The translations under genes were made by a program, and so were the position numbers. This document shows, piece by piece, positions 25,401 to 41,700 of a DNA stretch of 64,000 nt. Positions within the stretch are counted from its first letter, which is position 1, and every line of letters starts with the position of its first letter. Under the pieces are notes generated by a model. The model had not been told where the DNA came from. It made no database searches and saw nothing but the letters and a program-made list of their open reading frames with translations. This DNA is from Chrysomallon squamiferum (taxonomy: Eukaryota > Animalia > Mollusca), in the NCBI GenBank assembly GCA_012295275.1, contig CM022670.1:36084001-36148000 (forward strand). Direction: 5' to 3'.

Positions 25401-28400
25401 CAATAAAATAAAAAATAAATAAAAAATTAAAAAAATTAAATAGAAAAAAATGTAAATACCTGGTGTATATGTTGGTAATCCTACGTAACATTCTTCTTTG
25501 CATTCTTTTTTGGGATCAAAATATATTTTTCCAACCTGAATAAACATTAACACAAAACAAATTTCTTTTCTATAATATTATAATATATAACTCAATTAAC
25601 AATTTAAAAAAAATATATTTGTAAATAAAATAATAATAATAATAATAAAAATATCTTCAGTGTCTTTATATTGACTCTGAAGATTATATTTATTATTATT
25701 TAAGTTAAGTAATAAAACAAAACCCAACTCAAACAATGACAGCCAAGAATCTGATTAAAAATTTGAATACCAACATCTCTGAACAAAAATATCAAATACA
25801 GTACTGAAGCATTGCTTGTTTTGAAAACTCTCACTCATTCTGTTTTGACAGATATTTAATTTGATAGTTAACTTCAGCTTTGGATACTTTTAAGACAAAA
25901 GACACTCCTGCACACATACCACATTGTGCTCATTGGGTTTTAGCAAAACTCTGTTGTCATTCTGAGGAACAAAGTGGAATCTGGTATCAGCTGGCTGAAA
26001 AGTTACCTGGGTGACCTCCATCAGATCCTCAAACGTACTATGTATCTGAAGTACTTTAAATGGAATCTTCCCCTGCAAAATGATAACAAACAAATGAAGG
26101 CAAGCATAACAAACAAGGAATATTCCTCTTAAAATTTAAAATATAAGATTTTTGTTGTCCCAGAAATACTTTTAAAAATATGCATGACATAAATAATATG
26201 TTAAAAATATAACAATAATTTACAAAACTAAAATAATGCTAAGATTAAAACTAATGTCAGCAAATATTTTAACATTTACGTATTTTACATCTGAGATTTA
26301 AAAGAAAAGATGGCTATAAAATATCAACTTTTAATACGCTTACTGGATAAACTTTTTCAAAAACAAACTTTTCTGGAATGGCATGAAGGCTACCTTCAGC
26401 AGTTCGCAAGGTAACTGGGATAAAAATATCCTGAAATATAAACAAAATGCAATATAAATGTAAAATCATCCTAATTTATTAAAAGGACATTATTTTATAC
26501 AAAATACTGATTTTAGTTTTACCAGCTACACGATACATTTTTAGTTCTATTAACACCTAATGAAAACACAATATAAAATGTTCAATTACAATACTGGTAT
26601 GAAGACACTTAAATGAATTTCCTTAAATATAACTTCATAATTATATGACTATGAAAGTGAAATAAACATCTTAAATTTAACTAATGAGATTAGCTGCTAG
26701 TTTGCATAATTTTTTTTACAATAACCAATTATAACCACTATTGTATCAGTTTCATTACATTATGCAGTTCTGATCATTTAAACATGTATTACCTGAAACT
26801 GAGTAACTATTAAAACTTCTGCTGCATAAGCCCCTTCTTCATTTGGAGCTTTAACATTTACACTGAACACTGCATAGTGGTATGGTTTGATAATAAGCTG
26901 AATAAAAATTAGAAATTATAAAAATTATGAAAAACCTTTACAAAAATATTAATTTAATTCAGAAATATAAAGATTAAAAAAAAAAAAAAAAATGCTTATA
27001 ACTATACATAATCTGTAAATATATTATAATATATTGTACATAGTATCTGTAATGGTATAAATAAACAGACATATATACTTCCTTAAGATTGTTGTTTGTT
27101 ACTAGCAATCATTCACTGCTAATAAAAAAGTATCATAATAAAATAAGCCTGTGATGATGTCACATTATTAACATTTTCAACAAATGTACTGAAAACACAT
27201 CATAAACTGAAGACCCAGCTATTTTGAGCTAATTTACTCTATAAGGATTCATTATTTGTCCAATTTACTATTTGAAAAATTAATTCAGCTTTTATGCAAC
27301 CTTCTAACATATTTTATGGTTATATTTTGTCATCTACAAAATAAAAATCATCACAAATAAAATATACAGTAATAACTCTGAAATAGGAAACCGTATTTTT
27401 TTTAAACCATCTTTATGAAACATCACATATACATTTACAGTTGAAAGCATGACAAGAATAAGGCAAAAATTATTTATTTAAAAACTTTGGCATAAAATAA
27501 AACAATAAATTAAAATATAAACTTACTGGATCCAAATCTATTTCTGATATATTGTGATTTCTAGTTAGTGTTGTTCCATTTCCTTTTTCTATTCCTAGGA
27601 TCTCTATAGTGGTTCTATTCATGTTTGAACTGAATTCACCCACAAATATCTGTAAAAAAAAAATAATAATAAAAAAATAAATCATAATTCAGTTAAGAAT
27701 TTAAAATAACAACTACCAAAAATCAGAAAAACAGAAACAGAAAATACATATTCCAAATGAAGAACAAAAACAAAACAAAAAGAACAGAAATATAATTCTG
27801 CTGTTCTGTTTTATGGATAACTTACATCCACAGGGTTATCATTCCTCAATGTAAATATCATGCTTCTTGTTTCTCCAACTCCCATTGTTCCAAAATCAAG
27901 CTGTCCTTTAAATTTTTCAGGCCGATGATGAATGACCTACAAACAGTATTTTTTAAGACATATTTTAATACAGGAGATTAACATTTCTGTGTGTGACAGG
28001 GAAAACCTTTATTGATAAAAAGTTTGTAGTAATTAACAACCATTTTCATAAAGTAACCATATCAAATAAAAGCTACTGTGCAGGGTTAACTTATAACAAA
28101 CATTTAAAATATAATGAAAAGGTTCCAATGAAGTTCCATAGTACTCACACACACACACACACACACATACAAAGGACAATTTATAATTCCATTTGATGAA
28201 CACATTTTAAAACTGAGCAGAACATGTGTAATAGAAGTGCACATGAATATTTAAAGGGAAATAACTTCTACATATGAAAATTCGTCTCCAATTATTTTGA
28301 AAAACCACAAAGAAATGGTTTATTTATCTTTAATAATTCCTTCTGTTTTTTTAAATAAAAAAATTAATTTTATATATATATTATTGTTGTTGTTTTTTAA

Positions 28401-31400
28401 AAACAAAAATCATTAAAAACAAAGCAGAAAGAACGGTATCACTTAGCACTGGAAAAGGCCAGTTAAATTTTCCAATTCTTTGCCAAAGTTCCAGTACACT
28501 TTAATTACAAACTCTGAAATAAAACGACAGTTAAAGACAAACAATATTTAACAGACTTCAGAATAAAACTCACCTTAAACAGTCCATTGTAGACTATGAT
28601 AGGGATCTCAAACTTTGATGCATTTGTGTGTATGGTTAATTTTGTTGTGAAATGTAGCTGTGTTGCATTGGGATGGAAGCGCAACAAAAATGGAGTAGCT
28701 GTTTGCTGAGGCAGGAGTATCACAGGTTCAGAGAAATTTAGAACCTGCAATTTGATACAGATATCTGTTGTTATCTTGCACTTTTTTAAAAATCTGAACA
28801 AGAAACAAAATAAAGGGAAAAGCTACTTCCTACAACCAAACGTGATCACAATTCACCAAAACTTTACTTTTGTCCTAGCAACCTTTTAACAATAAAAAAC
28901 CACTTGTTTTTAAATAATATATTTAAAGTGTGGACTCAGTTAAATTAGAAATACAAAATAACAATTACATTTGTAATAAGTGGGAAATAAAATACTTACA
29001 GAAAAAAACTGACCGATACCAGGTGGGAGTGTGACATTGTAAATGACAATAGAAAAATTGAAAGTATTTGTCATGGATAGCTCTCGAGTTACATTTTTAA
29101 CTTTTCTGGCACTGAAGAAGTATGTTGTGTTCGCATTGTATACCAATGACCTAAAAAATCAACAAAAAAAAAAGATATCAATAACAATGTTACAAAAAAA
29201 AGTATATAAAATAATTTGATTTTAATCATAACTTTAAGATTAACTAACAACTATTAAATTTAAAAAAAAAAATAAAAAAATAAAAAAATAAGATTTAAAT
29301 TAAAATAAAAGATTACACTAAATTAATCACTGTCACTATTGAAACGTTCACAGACATACATCCTCTGCCAAACACTCACCACTCATCATATTTAAAAATA
29401 TTCCTGCTTCAAAGTTTTCATGAGTTTTATCATGTATTTTTTTTCACCTTATTTCAGAGAATGTTGTTTAAAATAATACAAAACAATATATAGATAAATT
29501 TATTATAGATATGAGAAGGTGGTGATTTTAGTCCAGACAGATGCTATTGTTAAGCTTGGTTATTTCTGGCCTGTCAACACATCAAACAGCAGAGAAATAT
29601 GAGCACATGAACAGATGGCACGTTGCATACAACATGCTCATTAGCATGACAATGGGCAAAATAACTCTATACTATATAATTAAAATACAATTATGAAAAA
29701 GAAGAGACTACAGACCCATGAAGGACATCTGCTCGATAAGGTAGCACCAATTTCTGTGAACTGTTTTTTGTTTTGATCACAATTTTTCCAGACCACTGTT
29801 TCGGATGTAAAGCTTTGACAGCTGTTTTAAAAAACAACAAATGTTTTACTCCTTGTTGACAAACATATTTCAAATAATTCAATTCTTTGTAATAAAACCA
29901 ATAATAATAATAATAATAATAATACATGTAATAATAATTTTGGAATGTTAAATGTTTTAGGAATTATTTTTCTTTTTCATATTTAGAAAAATTTACAAAT
30001 CTTATCTATTTATCTTAAATTATTACAAATGTACTGTTGAACATCTAAACAAAATCATAAAAGATTAAAGCCAAAGTAAAAAATAAATAATATTTCAATG
30101 AAACTAATTTTAAGATATCACAGTGACTTGGATTCATAACTTTTTCCCTCTCTGAGGGAACAGTTGTAGCTATATCTTGTCTGTGATCTAATATTCAGTA
30201 ATTTAACAATTGCAAAAAAATAAAGACAATAAATATTGCAATGCACTTATTTTTACCATTGAATGTTATATGTGCTACTGTGCTGTGTCTCTCTGGATCA
30301 GGCTGAAGTTTCAGAGGTCGAAAATCAATACTAACAGCTTTGTTGCTTGGTGAAACAGTAATGCTCTGTTGAACAAGAACATCAACAATAATAATATGTA
30401 GATGACAGAGAAAACAAAAACAATAAATGATGAAAGCATTACTAAACTAGAATTTCAAATTCTAGTATCTTTAAATCTACTGTTAAAGGTGTAACAGCTG
30501 TCTGCTTTTGGTAATAACTTTGTTTGTAACTGACATTTCACGTACTAAACTTATTCCCCAAATGCAAACTGCATTTTGACCAGTGTTTAAAGAAAATTTT
30601 AGAAAAGATTTCTGAAATATTAATTTACAGATTTTTAATAAAAATCAGTAAAAGTAGTATTATAAATACTTACAATGTTACAATAAAACAAATTAACAAA
30701 CAAAATAACATTTTATGAATTCTAAAATCTTACTGTGATATGAATAGCTGATGACCCTGTATTTATCAAATTCAGTTTTACACTTTTTGGTGGATCTAGA
30801 GTTCTCAAAATACCAAAATCTATTAATTCTATTGGGGAATAGATTCCTGGTTCTGTAAAAAAAAAAAAAAAAAAAAAATCATTAACAAATAACATCAGTC
30901 AGGTAACAAATGTAATTAATAAACAAAACAACAAATTTAATATTTAAAACATGTAAGCAGTTTAATGCTATTTCACTTTATCTACAGTATTATTATTATC
31001 TAGAGAACACCTGTCAAAATAACTAATTAAAAGGAAATGAATCTGCATTTTTCACAAACTATTAATAGCAATTTCTTTATATTTAGGATATATGTGTATT
31101 TCCTTATAACTGTGAAGTAAGATTATCATGTTAACATTGCATTAATATTAATACTTGGTGCTAATTAAAGAAAGCAGATCATAAATGTTTTTTTTTTTAA
31201 AAGTCTTATAAAATGAATAATACACAAGCAAAAATAACTTCAAAGATAATGTTAGTTTCATAAACATCTTTTAATAATAATCTTAAACTAATCAGCAATA
31301 AATTAATATTATATCATTTCACAATTTTTAAACACCATTCAACAATACTATTATGTAGCCAACATTACCTCCACAGTTTTGAAAACAAACTCTTAATAAA

Positions 31401-32662
31401 GTGAGACAGGCATCTAAGTAATCTGCTGAGACTAACAATAATCTGAATAGATAACTATAAACACTAAAAACCATAAAGAAAACTGTTTTCTACTTTCCAT
31501 CATAGTAAATATATGTAACATTATAAATCCTTTTTTATGACATTTCTACTGAACTAAAAAACCCATTTAATATGTTAAATATTGAAATTACAGCATTACA
31601 TAATTTAGTTTTATTATAAACATCTTGAAAACATCTATGCAGTAATTAATCCTATATGTTTGAGCCGTTGCTTTGAAATTATTCACTTAACTGAAGCAAT
31701 CAATTCTAAAAAATTTCATACAATTAATTATAAATTAATAAATTTAAAAAAAAACACACACACAAAAGAAAAGTAACTAATTTTTTGTCTGTATATATCA
31801 CCAAAATTACATAATCAACAATTACCTGATGTTACTTCTATTTCTATTGGCAAAATAAGTGTCTGAGTATTTTTTTCCTTGTCTGTTTTGATCCTAATAA
31901 AAGCTGTGTGGTTGTTTTCTACCCTCCCAATAAAATTAGCACGCATTACAGACTTGGTTTCAAAGGGTTGTAACTCCTAAAAGGGAAAGAAAAGAAAATC
32001 CATAAATCTTTTAAGTCATTCATCAATGGTTTTTTTTAAGATTATTTTTTCTCTTAGATTATAAATGATGTCAGTAACCTTTAACAAAACAGAAAAATAC
32101 AGAAAGAAAGTAAAAAGAATTATATTTGAATGAGCTAAGCTGATAATTAAAATCTTATTTTCTGTTATTTAAAATATAAAACTAAATAAAATAAAGACAA
32201 CCATGTAAGGTAATTAGACAGCAGGTTTATAGATGATTACATGTCAATACATAACAAATGGATTACAAATGATTTTTAATGAGATTCAAGCACAAAAGGT
32301 GAATGTTTAAATTAATTAATAATAATTTTAAACTAAAACATATTGAAAAGAGTTGTGTGGGGGTAGGGGAAAATAATCATTATAACAGATCAACAATTTT
32401 AAAATTAAGAGATTTATATTTTATCTCTAGCAGTTTTCAGTAAAATTAAAAGATATGAGCTGTACTCAAAATATCTGATATAAGTATAAAATTACAAAAA
32501 CGTATACAAACATACCCATAGTTCACGAGAGCCTTCCTTATCACCTGTAGGCAGTTCCAGATGCAAATCACCCTCACTTGAAAACATTTCCAAAAGCTAT
32601 AAAATAAAATAAAATGTTTTAATATTTTACAAAGCATTCAGTGAGTTTCATATACAAAGCAA

Positions 32663-32717
<55 letters not shown>

Positions 32718-35700
32718 ACAAACAACAACAAAAAAATGTTTAAAAATTTTAAAATATTAATAAAATAAAAACAGATAAAAAATAAATAAAATATTAATTA
32801 TGTATTTTTATGTTTCAAAGCTTTCACAAAAAATGTTTAATTGACTTTAATTTAAATTATATTCAGTGTAATTATTTAGATAAATGTTTACCTGATAAAT
32901 TAATTAACTTACCTGTAACTTGGCATTATGAGGATTATGCATTTGTATCAATGATGAAAAACTACTGTTGAGAGGTACTCTTGCCCCCAAGTAGGGTCTT
33001 AACCGGTATGGGTTCGGAATCCCAACCCCAAAAACCTTAAAATACAATTATGAAAAAAACGAAGTTAACAATAAGCACAAATAATTTAAAGATATGTGAC
33101 AGAAATGAAGTTCCAATGTAAATTTATTTACATATATAAAAACCCAGTGAAACTGGATAATTATATAAAACAAAAAATTGGGTATGTATGTATGTATGTT
33201 ATCATCATCATTCCATTAATGGCACACCTGTCATCAGATATACATAATTATACTGTAATTGTTACCTGGTATTTTATAGACCCTATGGAAGTGTGAATAT
33301 AAAGAGTATTTTCCACATTTCCAACCTGACGGGCTAGAAATACCACATCAAATGTAGTGTTCCCTCCAGGGGGTACTATCTGAAATGAACAAGAGTTTAT
33401 TTCTTTATATACCTATACATCAAAGCATCTTACAAGTGTTTAAAACTGTTTATAACCATTTCAAATCTATTTATTTTTTTAGACAAATCCATTACGTTTT
33501 GTTATCATATTCTGTTAATGGTCATGTCTTGAATTTTTTAGCAACATGCATACTGTAAACACATTTCTAAATATTAAGATTAATATTATTACAACTGTCT
33601 AAAATGGATATTGATTAAGATGTCACATAACAAATCTGCTTGATGAAATGATATTTGTTTACAACATAACTTCTAATGCACTGGAACTGCCAAGAATACC
33701 AAATGCTTGGGGACATAGGTTTGCTAATTACACATCAATTGCAGAAGAAAAAATACTGTGAAATGATTTTTTTTTCTTACATTTCTTTTTCAATTAAATG
33801 CTTCACAAAGCAAAAAAAGAAAAAGAAACAAAAGAAAACAAATAAAAATTAAAAAGAATAATATTGTAAATATTATTAATTCCAAATGCTTCAGACTGCT
33901 TTATTAAATAAAATAAAACTATTAGTTATGTAAAAAATTGAATTCAACACTCATTTTGTTAAGTCTCAATAAATAAAGATTATCAAATGCACAATCACAG
34001 TATGGAATGATTGTAAATTTAAATACCTTAAAATACATTTATAAGTACTAATACCTTCAAAACAAAAGACCCCCTCTGCCAAAAATTGTATCATATATCA
34101 ATTTTTTAAGATGCAATGTCACACCTGCAAATATTTACTTCCGTTTTTTTATTTTTTTCAGTTTTATTTATATATTTTTTGTGTTGTATTAACTCCTAAA
34201 AGCTATAAATGAATTAGGATTGTTTCTATAAGAATATTTTAAAAATCTATATTAAAAAAAAAAAAAAAAAAAAAATGTCCAATACATAAAAAAAAATACA
34301 CAATTTCTAATAATAATTAAATGATACTGATACACTAATTTCTATTAATAAATAAATAATAAACAGACACTAATTTCATGCATAAAAATATTGGTTACGA
34401 TCATTAAATATCCAGTTACACTATTCTATGCTTGTAAATAATCAGCATTATTTTTTTTTTTTTTTTAATGCATGTTATCAAGATATAATATTAACGTTTC
34501 CCCCAAAAAAAATATGCAATTAAAATTTTGGTTGATATTCAATTCAAAGACATCCCTTTTAAATAAAACTTCCAATTACTAATGTACCACAATTACATTT
34601 CATCTCAACAAATTCTAGAAAATACAGAATAAATTATACCATTAATTTCATAACAGATTAATTGTATGGTTGAACAGGAGCCACAATAATGACTATTTTA
34701 TGTCTGTTTTCCATGAATAAGTAGTTTTAAATTAAACATTAATTGTATGGAATGAACAGGAGCCACAATAACAACTGTTTTATGTCTGTTTTCCATGAAT
34801 AAATAATTTTAAATTTAACATTATTTTGAGTAATGAATTATTTTAGGAACAGAATAAGACTTTTTAGTCATATAAACAAATTACTATTATTTAAACATCC
34901 TGAATATTAGCCATCAATTAGCTTTTTTATAAAAGGCAGAAAATAAAAGGCATTTGTTTTCTGAAATACACCCCAATATAGAATTTACAATAAAAATGTT
35001 TATTTTGCATAAAGAAATTTACCAATTTGTTGTTTAATGTTAACATTTAAAAACTATCAAAATAAGTATTTACTAACAACCTTTTTGTTTAATTAGTCAA
35101 TAGATGAGAAATGTCTTTGAAATATTTTTGATTTTGATCAGATAAGATTATTATTTCATGAACGGTCAAAAATATGATGAAAAACATATTTCAGAAAGAA
35201 GAAGGACTAATTAATTTTGAACACTTAATAAAAGTTAGATATCACAACATCTAAATAAACATTCCTCATTTCTTTCTTATTTATTTGTTGAAAAGTAGTA
35301 AACAGTAATAGGCAAGTTCTCTCATATACATCATAATACATCCAAACAGACAGTCACATACATCAAACGAAGAGTAAAAGAAACATGCAATAAATTAAAT
35401 ATTGTCATCTTCTTCATCAGTTTCTTTTTATAACATATTATTTGTTATTAACATCTGCATTTAAATTCATTTTGATGTAACACATTTGGCACTAGTATCT
35501 GCACTCTTCCTTCTTTTGTTATTTGGGACAGTAATTATTATCCTTCAACTCTTAAAATTTATTTGAGCAAACTGTTATTCATTATTTTATTTACCATAAT
35601 AAAATACTGCTGATTTTGCAAATACCGTCTTGGCAAATAATTTTTAAAATGCTGAAGAATAGATCGGAAATTATGTGTGCTTGCTAGCTTTTTCAAAAAT

Positions 35701-38700
35701 AGAATGTGCAAGGTTCACAATTACTGATGTGTAACTATTGCAGTTATGAAAGTCATTTATCAAATTTATTTATTTATTTATATATCTCGAGTAATCATTA
35801 TCAAATAAATTGGTTTGATGAGTAACAAACTGTAAATACAAACCCATGTGAATTCAGAAATTTCAGAGGAGAATTTGTTTTTTCATAATTGAAGTTTTTT
35901 TTTAGTTTTTTATTATCAAACATTACTCCTAATGATTCTTCCCTTTATGAATGTGTTAATATTTAATAATCCACACAAATACTGTTTGATTTTGGTTACA
36001 ACTAGTAGAATCTATGTTGTTTCTAAAATTTCAACAGAAAAACATATACTTACTTTATCTTGAAAAAATGAGCAATGAAAATGAACTGTGCTACCCGATA
36101 TGGACAGCAAATGTAAACTATTTTTGGGATCATTATTTTGAACTATAACCCTCTCAATGCGAGGCATCCCCACAGGCCTGAAAACAGAAAGAAAGAAAAC
36201 ATTTAAACCTCAATGATCTATAAAAACTACAAAAATTAAAATGCTATAATCAACATTAGTATAAAGAGATTTTCAGAAAGTATATTATTATGCACTGATA
36301 CTAATGCTTTTGCTTTTGCTTTTTGAAGTTGTGTTCTTTTGATGCTGTTGTTTTGTTGTTTTGTGTTTTGGGGTTTGCGTCAACTGTTGTTTTTTAAACT
36401 TTAGTTATTATAATTTCAACCAGAAACATTTGACAGATATATATACATTATTTTAAACTTACTGTTCTTGAAAATCCAGCATGGACGGATCCAATCTAAG
36501 ACTACTGGAAAAAACTTTGTCATCTTGTATTCTGAAAAGATAAGATTGGTAAGGTACATGATCATGAATCTGAAGAACTAGTAGTACTGTTTAAATACAT
36601 TAGTGTACAGGACAACAACAACATGCATTAATAAGGCACCATTTAGTTATGGTATAAATAATTCAGTTTATAAATTTCAGATGTAAAGCTGAAGGATATA
36701 CAGAAAATTTCATCATGAAGCAAGTTCCATTATAAAGAAAAATATTGCTGGTACAAAATAAAGGAAGAACAAACATTAGCTATCATAAATTTTCCATAGC
36801 TTTTAAATGCAAATTTATATATATATATATTTTTTGCTGTAATTAATTTCTTTAAATAATTTTTTTTAAATTTCACAGTCTGTTATATGTTTAACCCAGT
36901 TTAATCCAAAAAAAAAGTAATAAAGAAATATTTTAAATTAAGATCTGACTGGATGGAAAATTACATTGTAGATTTTTATTATTTTAAAACAAATTTGTTT
37001 TTAATTGAAGCATAATGCAGAAAGCCTGTAAAAACAACATTTGTCATCTTCTTGATGCTTCTAATGTATTTTAAATGGCAATTTTCTTTATCCCCACATT
37101 AAAAACATATTATTTTAAAAAACATTATCATAATTTATTTATTTATTTTATTTTATTTTATATTTAACTGTTCATCTTTTCCATCTGACAATAAAACCAA
37201 ACAGCACTAAATGAATAAACTAAAGTAACCCCAAAAATATGCTAAATCTGGTTGCAGTCTTTCACAAGAGACTTGATAAAGTTTTAAAAATCACGATCTG
37301 TATGAATAACTAATTGTGTTGTACAATATCACAGTGACCTGACAAGCCCATGTGCTGCAAGTCTTTCAACAAAACAATGCCTGCTCAGCAAGCATTTCCT
37401 TTAACAAAAATAGGTCTATCGTTACAAATGATATCCAAAAGATTCTTCTCTTCTTGTTCTTTTATTTATTAATTTATTAATTTAAAATAATCATTTTACC
37501 TAAAGTTACTATTACTATAAAATATTAGTTTGTTATCATGTAATCCTATAAAGATAAAAGTTACTATTACTATAAAATATAAGTTTGTTATCATGTAATC
37601 CTATAAAGATAAAATATGACTGCACTTAAATCTTGATAAGATTTAACTCATTGGAAATACAGAATATTATCCATCTGTTTCACATGAATCTGTCATGGAA
37701 AATAATTTACTGAACAATCATAACAATTATTCTCACTCTTTTTTAAAAAACAAAACAACAACAACAACCAAAAAATCAGCATGACATAAAGCGATAGAGA
37801 ATAAATAGGACCATCATCTAAGGTGAACTTTATGAAGTATCATTATAACACAATAGATATTTTAATATATTTTATTTCACTATTATGGAGCTTTTTGTGT
37901 GGCTGATTTGTTTTGGGGGTTTTTTGGATCTTTTTTGTTGATATACATATATGTGTGGTTTCAAATAAAGAAGAATATATCAAAATTAAGGATTTCGTGG
38001 AGGTTTTTGTAGTCATTTTTTTTTGTTTTGTTTTTGTTTTTTTAATTTCTTATACAGTTATTTAGGAACATAATTATGTTAAAAGAATATTAACATAATT
38101 CCCAGTAGCAGACAAGATATACTTTTATAAAGGTTTTTACATACATCTGATTTACTGTTCACTGACAATCAGTGCACAAATAAATATTTTATCAGTGATT
38201 GATATTTTCACAGGTGTTTTTCCTATTCTGTTCATAGCAGGAATTCAACAATAATTTATAGATAGTATCTCTTCCAATACTTTTTTTAATTATTATATAC
38301 TTATATATATTTTTTTTTGTATTTTTTATTATTGTATTTCATGAATAAGGAAAACTTTCAATCTGTTGGTTTAAAATTATCTTGTAACTTTAATTGTATG
38401 TCTTTAGTTTAATTAAATAAAGAGATTTTCAAAAGATGTATAATTATTTATCAATTTTATGAATAACAAAATAAAAGAAACAAATACAGTACAATATCTT
38501 TAGTCTGCTAATCATTTGTAAATGGCTTTCCATTATTTTTTAACATGCAGCCAGTGATACAGTAGTAATCAGATATTTTAGTTAACATAGCTTATAATCC
38601 CAGTGTTATCTAGGGCATTACGTTAGGCTGAAATTCTGACACAGCAATCCTTTAGGAATTAGGTGTGATACTGAGACTATTTACAAGTCTGACCAAACAA

Positions 38701-41700
38701 AGGACAAAGAAAAACTGCAATGCTTTTTTCTGATTCTTTTTTCCTAATTATTGTCCAAAAAAAATTAATAAAAAATAAATAAAAATAAAAATAAAAATAA
38801 TTTTTGCACACTATTCCAATGAAAGAAAATATTGATCTCTATTCAAGCATTTTTCTTTTCTTTTTTTAAACCCATTAATATAATCTGTTTTGTTAACCCA
38901 TCAGTTAGATGTGAATACAGGTTTATGTCAGTGATATTAAATCAAACAGTTTAAGCCAATACACTGGTGATTAGGTAAGGCATAGGTTCAATACATATGA
39001 TAAAATAATGATAATAAAGATATCACTATAGAATCAAAAAATAAAAATAGAACAGCCCATCTCTGCCTGACAGAGACATGGTACAATTGAATTAATGCTA
39101 GAAATCAATATACAAACTGACTCCACAAAGCAATAATGTGGAGGAAGCCATACAGAAAGGTCTGTAGCATTTGTAATCTTTTTGTGCAGCCATGTGAAAC
39201 AGGTGAAATGTGTCTGTGAGGGAGTTTAAACTTGTCAACCATCACATACAAATACAGATAAGGAATCAAACGGCTACTAAACAAAATGCTGCAAAAACAC
39301 TTGATGCAGAGTTCTGATGTTAACAATTTGCATCCTGTTCTGGGTCATTTAATCATAACACGTTTAACAGATTTGTATAAACATAAAGATAATTTGTATA
39401 TCAACAACAATAAATCTTATCTTAACAGTACAAAGTCATAACAGTACGTAAGATGTTAATGTAAGTACTGGAGTAACAAAGATAATAAGGCACTTAGTAC
39501 TAGCAGGGTTTTCCCCCATTCATTATTTTTTTTTACATCATTAAAATCTCTTTTATAACTAAATATTGCATCATATCAGCAGCAAATAAACTCTGGTTCA
39601 TGTCAAATAAAATGAAGGATTATACTCTGAACAAAAAGATGTAATTAAGAACCTCTATTTTCAGTTTTCTGCACTAACATTTCATCACTGGAGATTACAT
39701 TTCTTGTCGGATTTCTGAAGTACATAAGAAACGTGACCACTTGCATACACAAAAAAAACCTAACTCTTAGACATGTTCAGTCAACCTCCAATTTTCTTTT
39801 TGTAAATGTTCAGTCAACCTTAACATCAAGTGTTTTGGAACATATTTACAGTTACCTCAGTAATATGATATCCAGTCTGGTTACCTTTCTGAATTTAAAC
39901 ATCTATACAAATAACAATCATCAGTTACTTCAATTTATTTTCATATAATCAAAACCAATATTCTGTTATTAAGACAGATTAAATAATGCTGTACATTTTT
40001 TATTTTTTTTCTCACAATAAATGCTCTTGCTTGAATAATCAAAATGTAAATAACTGTATAACAGCTGTCTCCAGTAATTGAAAAAGTATAAGTTATTTAA
40101 ACAACAGTAGATCGACCGTTTCCAACTACACATTCTTCCAGTATCAACAAAAATATAAAAAAAATGTCATTGATTGTATTTTGATGTTCAATTATTAATA
40201 TGTCCAGTTGTGTATATGTTATGCATCATTAATCATGTACTGCTACTGTTACAATGAAACGTTTAACAAAGAAAATACCACATAAATAAATGAAATAAGA
40301 CTGAAGCATTATAAATTTAACTTCGGTTAAACTGATATATTAAAATAAAAGTATTGTTTTAATTTCAGTAACAACAGCCTACCAAGATGTTATATATTAA
40401 AATGTAACAAATATTTTTCTTTAACATATTATGATATATTTTAGGTTTTAAGACAGTAACATCAGTCTAAGCAGACAAATTTTCAACTATTTCCCTTTTC
40501 ATTACAAATACTATATAAATGTACAAAAACAAAAGATGCAATACCATACTTAACAAAATACCACCACTACCATACTACCTATACTTAATTTCTTTTCACC
40601 TTATAAAAATGAATGGGCATACACTGTTAAATAAACCCATATTTTTCAATATCAATATGGTTATTTACTCATGCTTCAATTATTGGTACCTATTTACTTC
40701 TTCTGATAAAATTTTCTTATATATCTGACTCGTGATTATTTATTAAAGTATGCACAGATGTAAACATATCATTAAGCGTATCACGTATATAACAGATGTA
40801 TAAAACCAGCTGTTAAATCTGTATTTCAAATAAAGTACAAAATACAACAAAAGAAAAACCAAAGTAAAAGTAAAACTTGATAAATGTTTACCAATCCTGG
40901 AAAAATCAACATCAAGCATTTATTAAAATATTCTATTTCAGTAAGTTAATATTAGAAATAATTGCAACAACTCAACAATTGAACTTAAAATCTGTGAACA
41001 CTGATATAGTACTTGATAATAATTCTGCTTCATAATCTATTTGTTTAACAGTGTTAATATGAATTAATGTGTCTATCATCAGCTGTTAAATGTTGATCAG
41101 CTATAAAGTGAAAGTAAATCCAAAGGCAACAATAAATATTAAAAAAGAAAACTAGAGATGGATCTTGTTTCAGATAATATATTTTATTTTACAATTTTTT
41201 TTTTTTTTTTTTTTTTTTTTGAATTGTCATTTTATGCTTTATATTAAAATAAAAATAAAAAAAACTATTTTTCAAAATATCATATATCTTCATTTTAATT
41301 ATAAACACTTATGTTTTTATACTACATATGTGATAACAAAATACATGACGGTGCTATCAGTAAAGAGTCATTCTATTCTTATCTAACAGATAACAGTTTA
41401 GGTTGAAAGATTTATAAAATATTATCTAAAATATTTATATAATAATAAAATCATTAAAAGCTATTTATTTTTATTTGCAGAGTAACAACCATGTTAACAG
41501 TAACAATAGAAAATAAACTATTTTTGATTAAGGATAAAAGTTATTAATTTTGATTTGCAAAATAATAACATTATCAACATCAAGAATAAAAAATAATCTA
41601 CTTACGATAAAGAATCTGGATAACCAGGTTTTATCTGAATAAAACAAAACACATGTACATTTTAATATACTGAAGATGATGTCCACTACTGCAAAAAGAA

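Noticed and set aside
31369-31442. Cryptic AG...GT exon-like segment in a TMEM131 intron
   Set aside because: It has a stop in the required phase, and the flanking exons join into conserved sequence without it.
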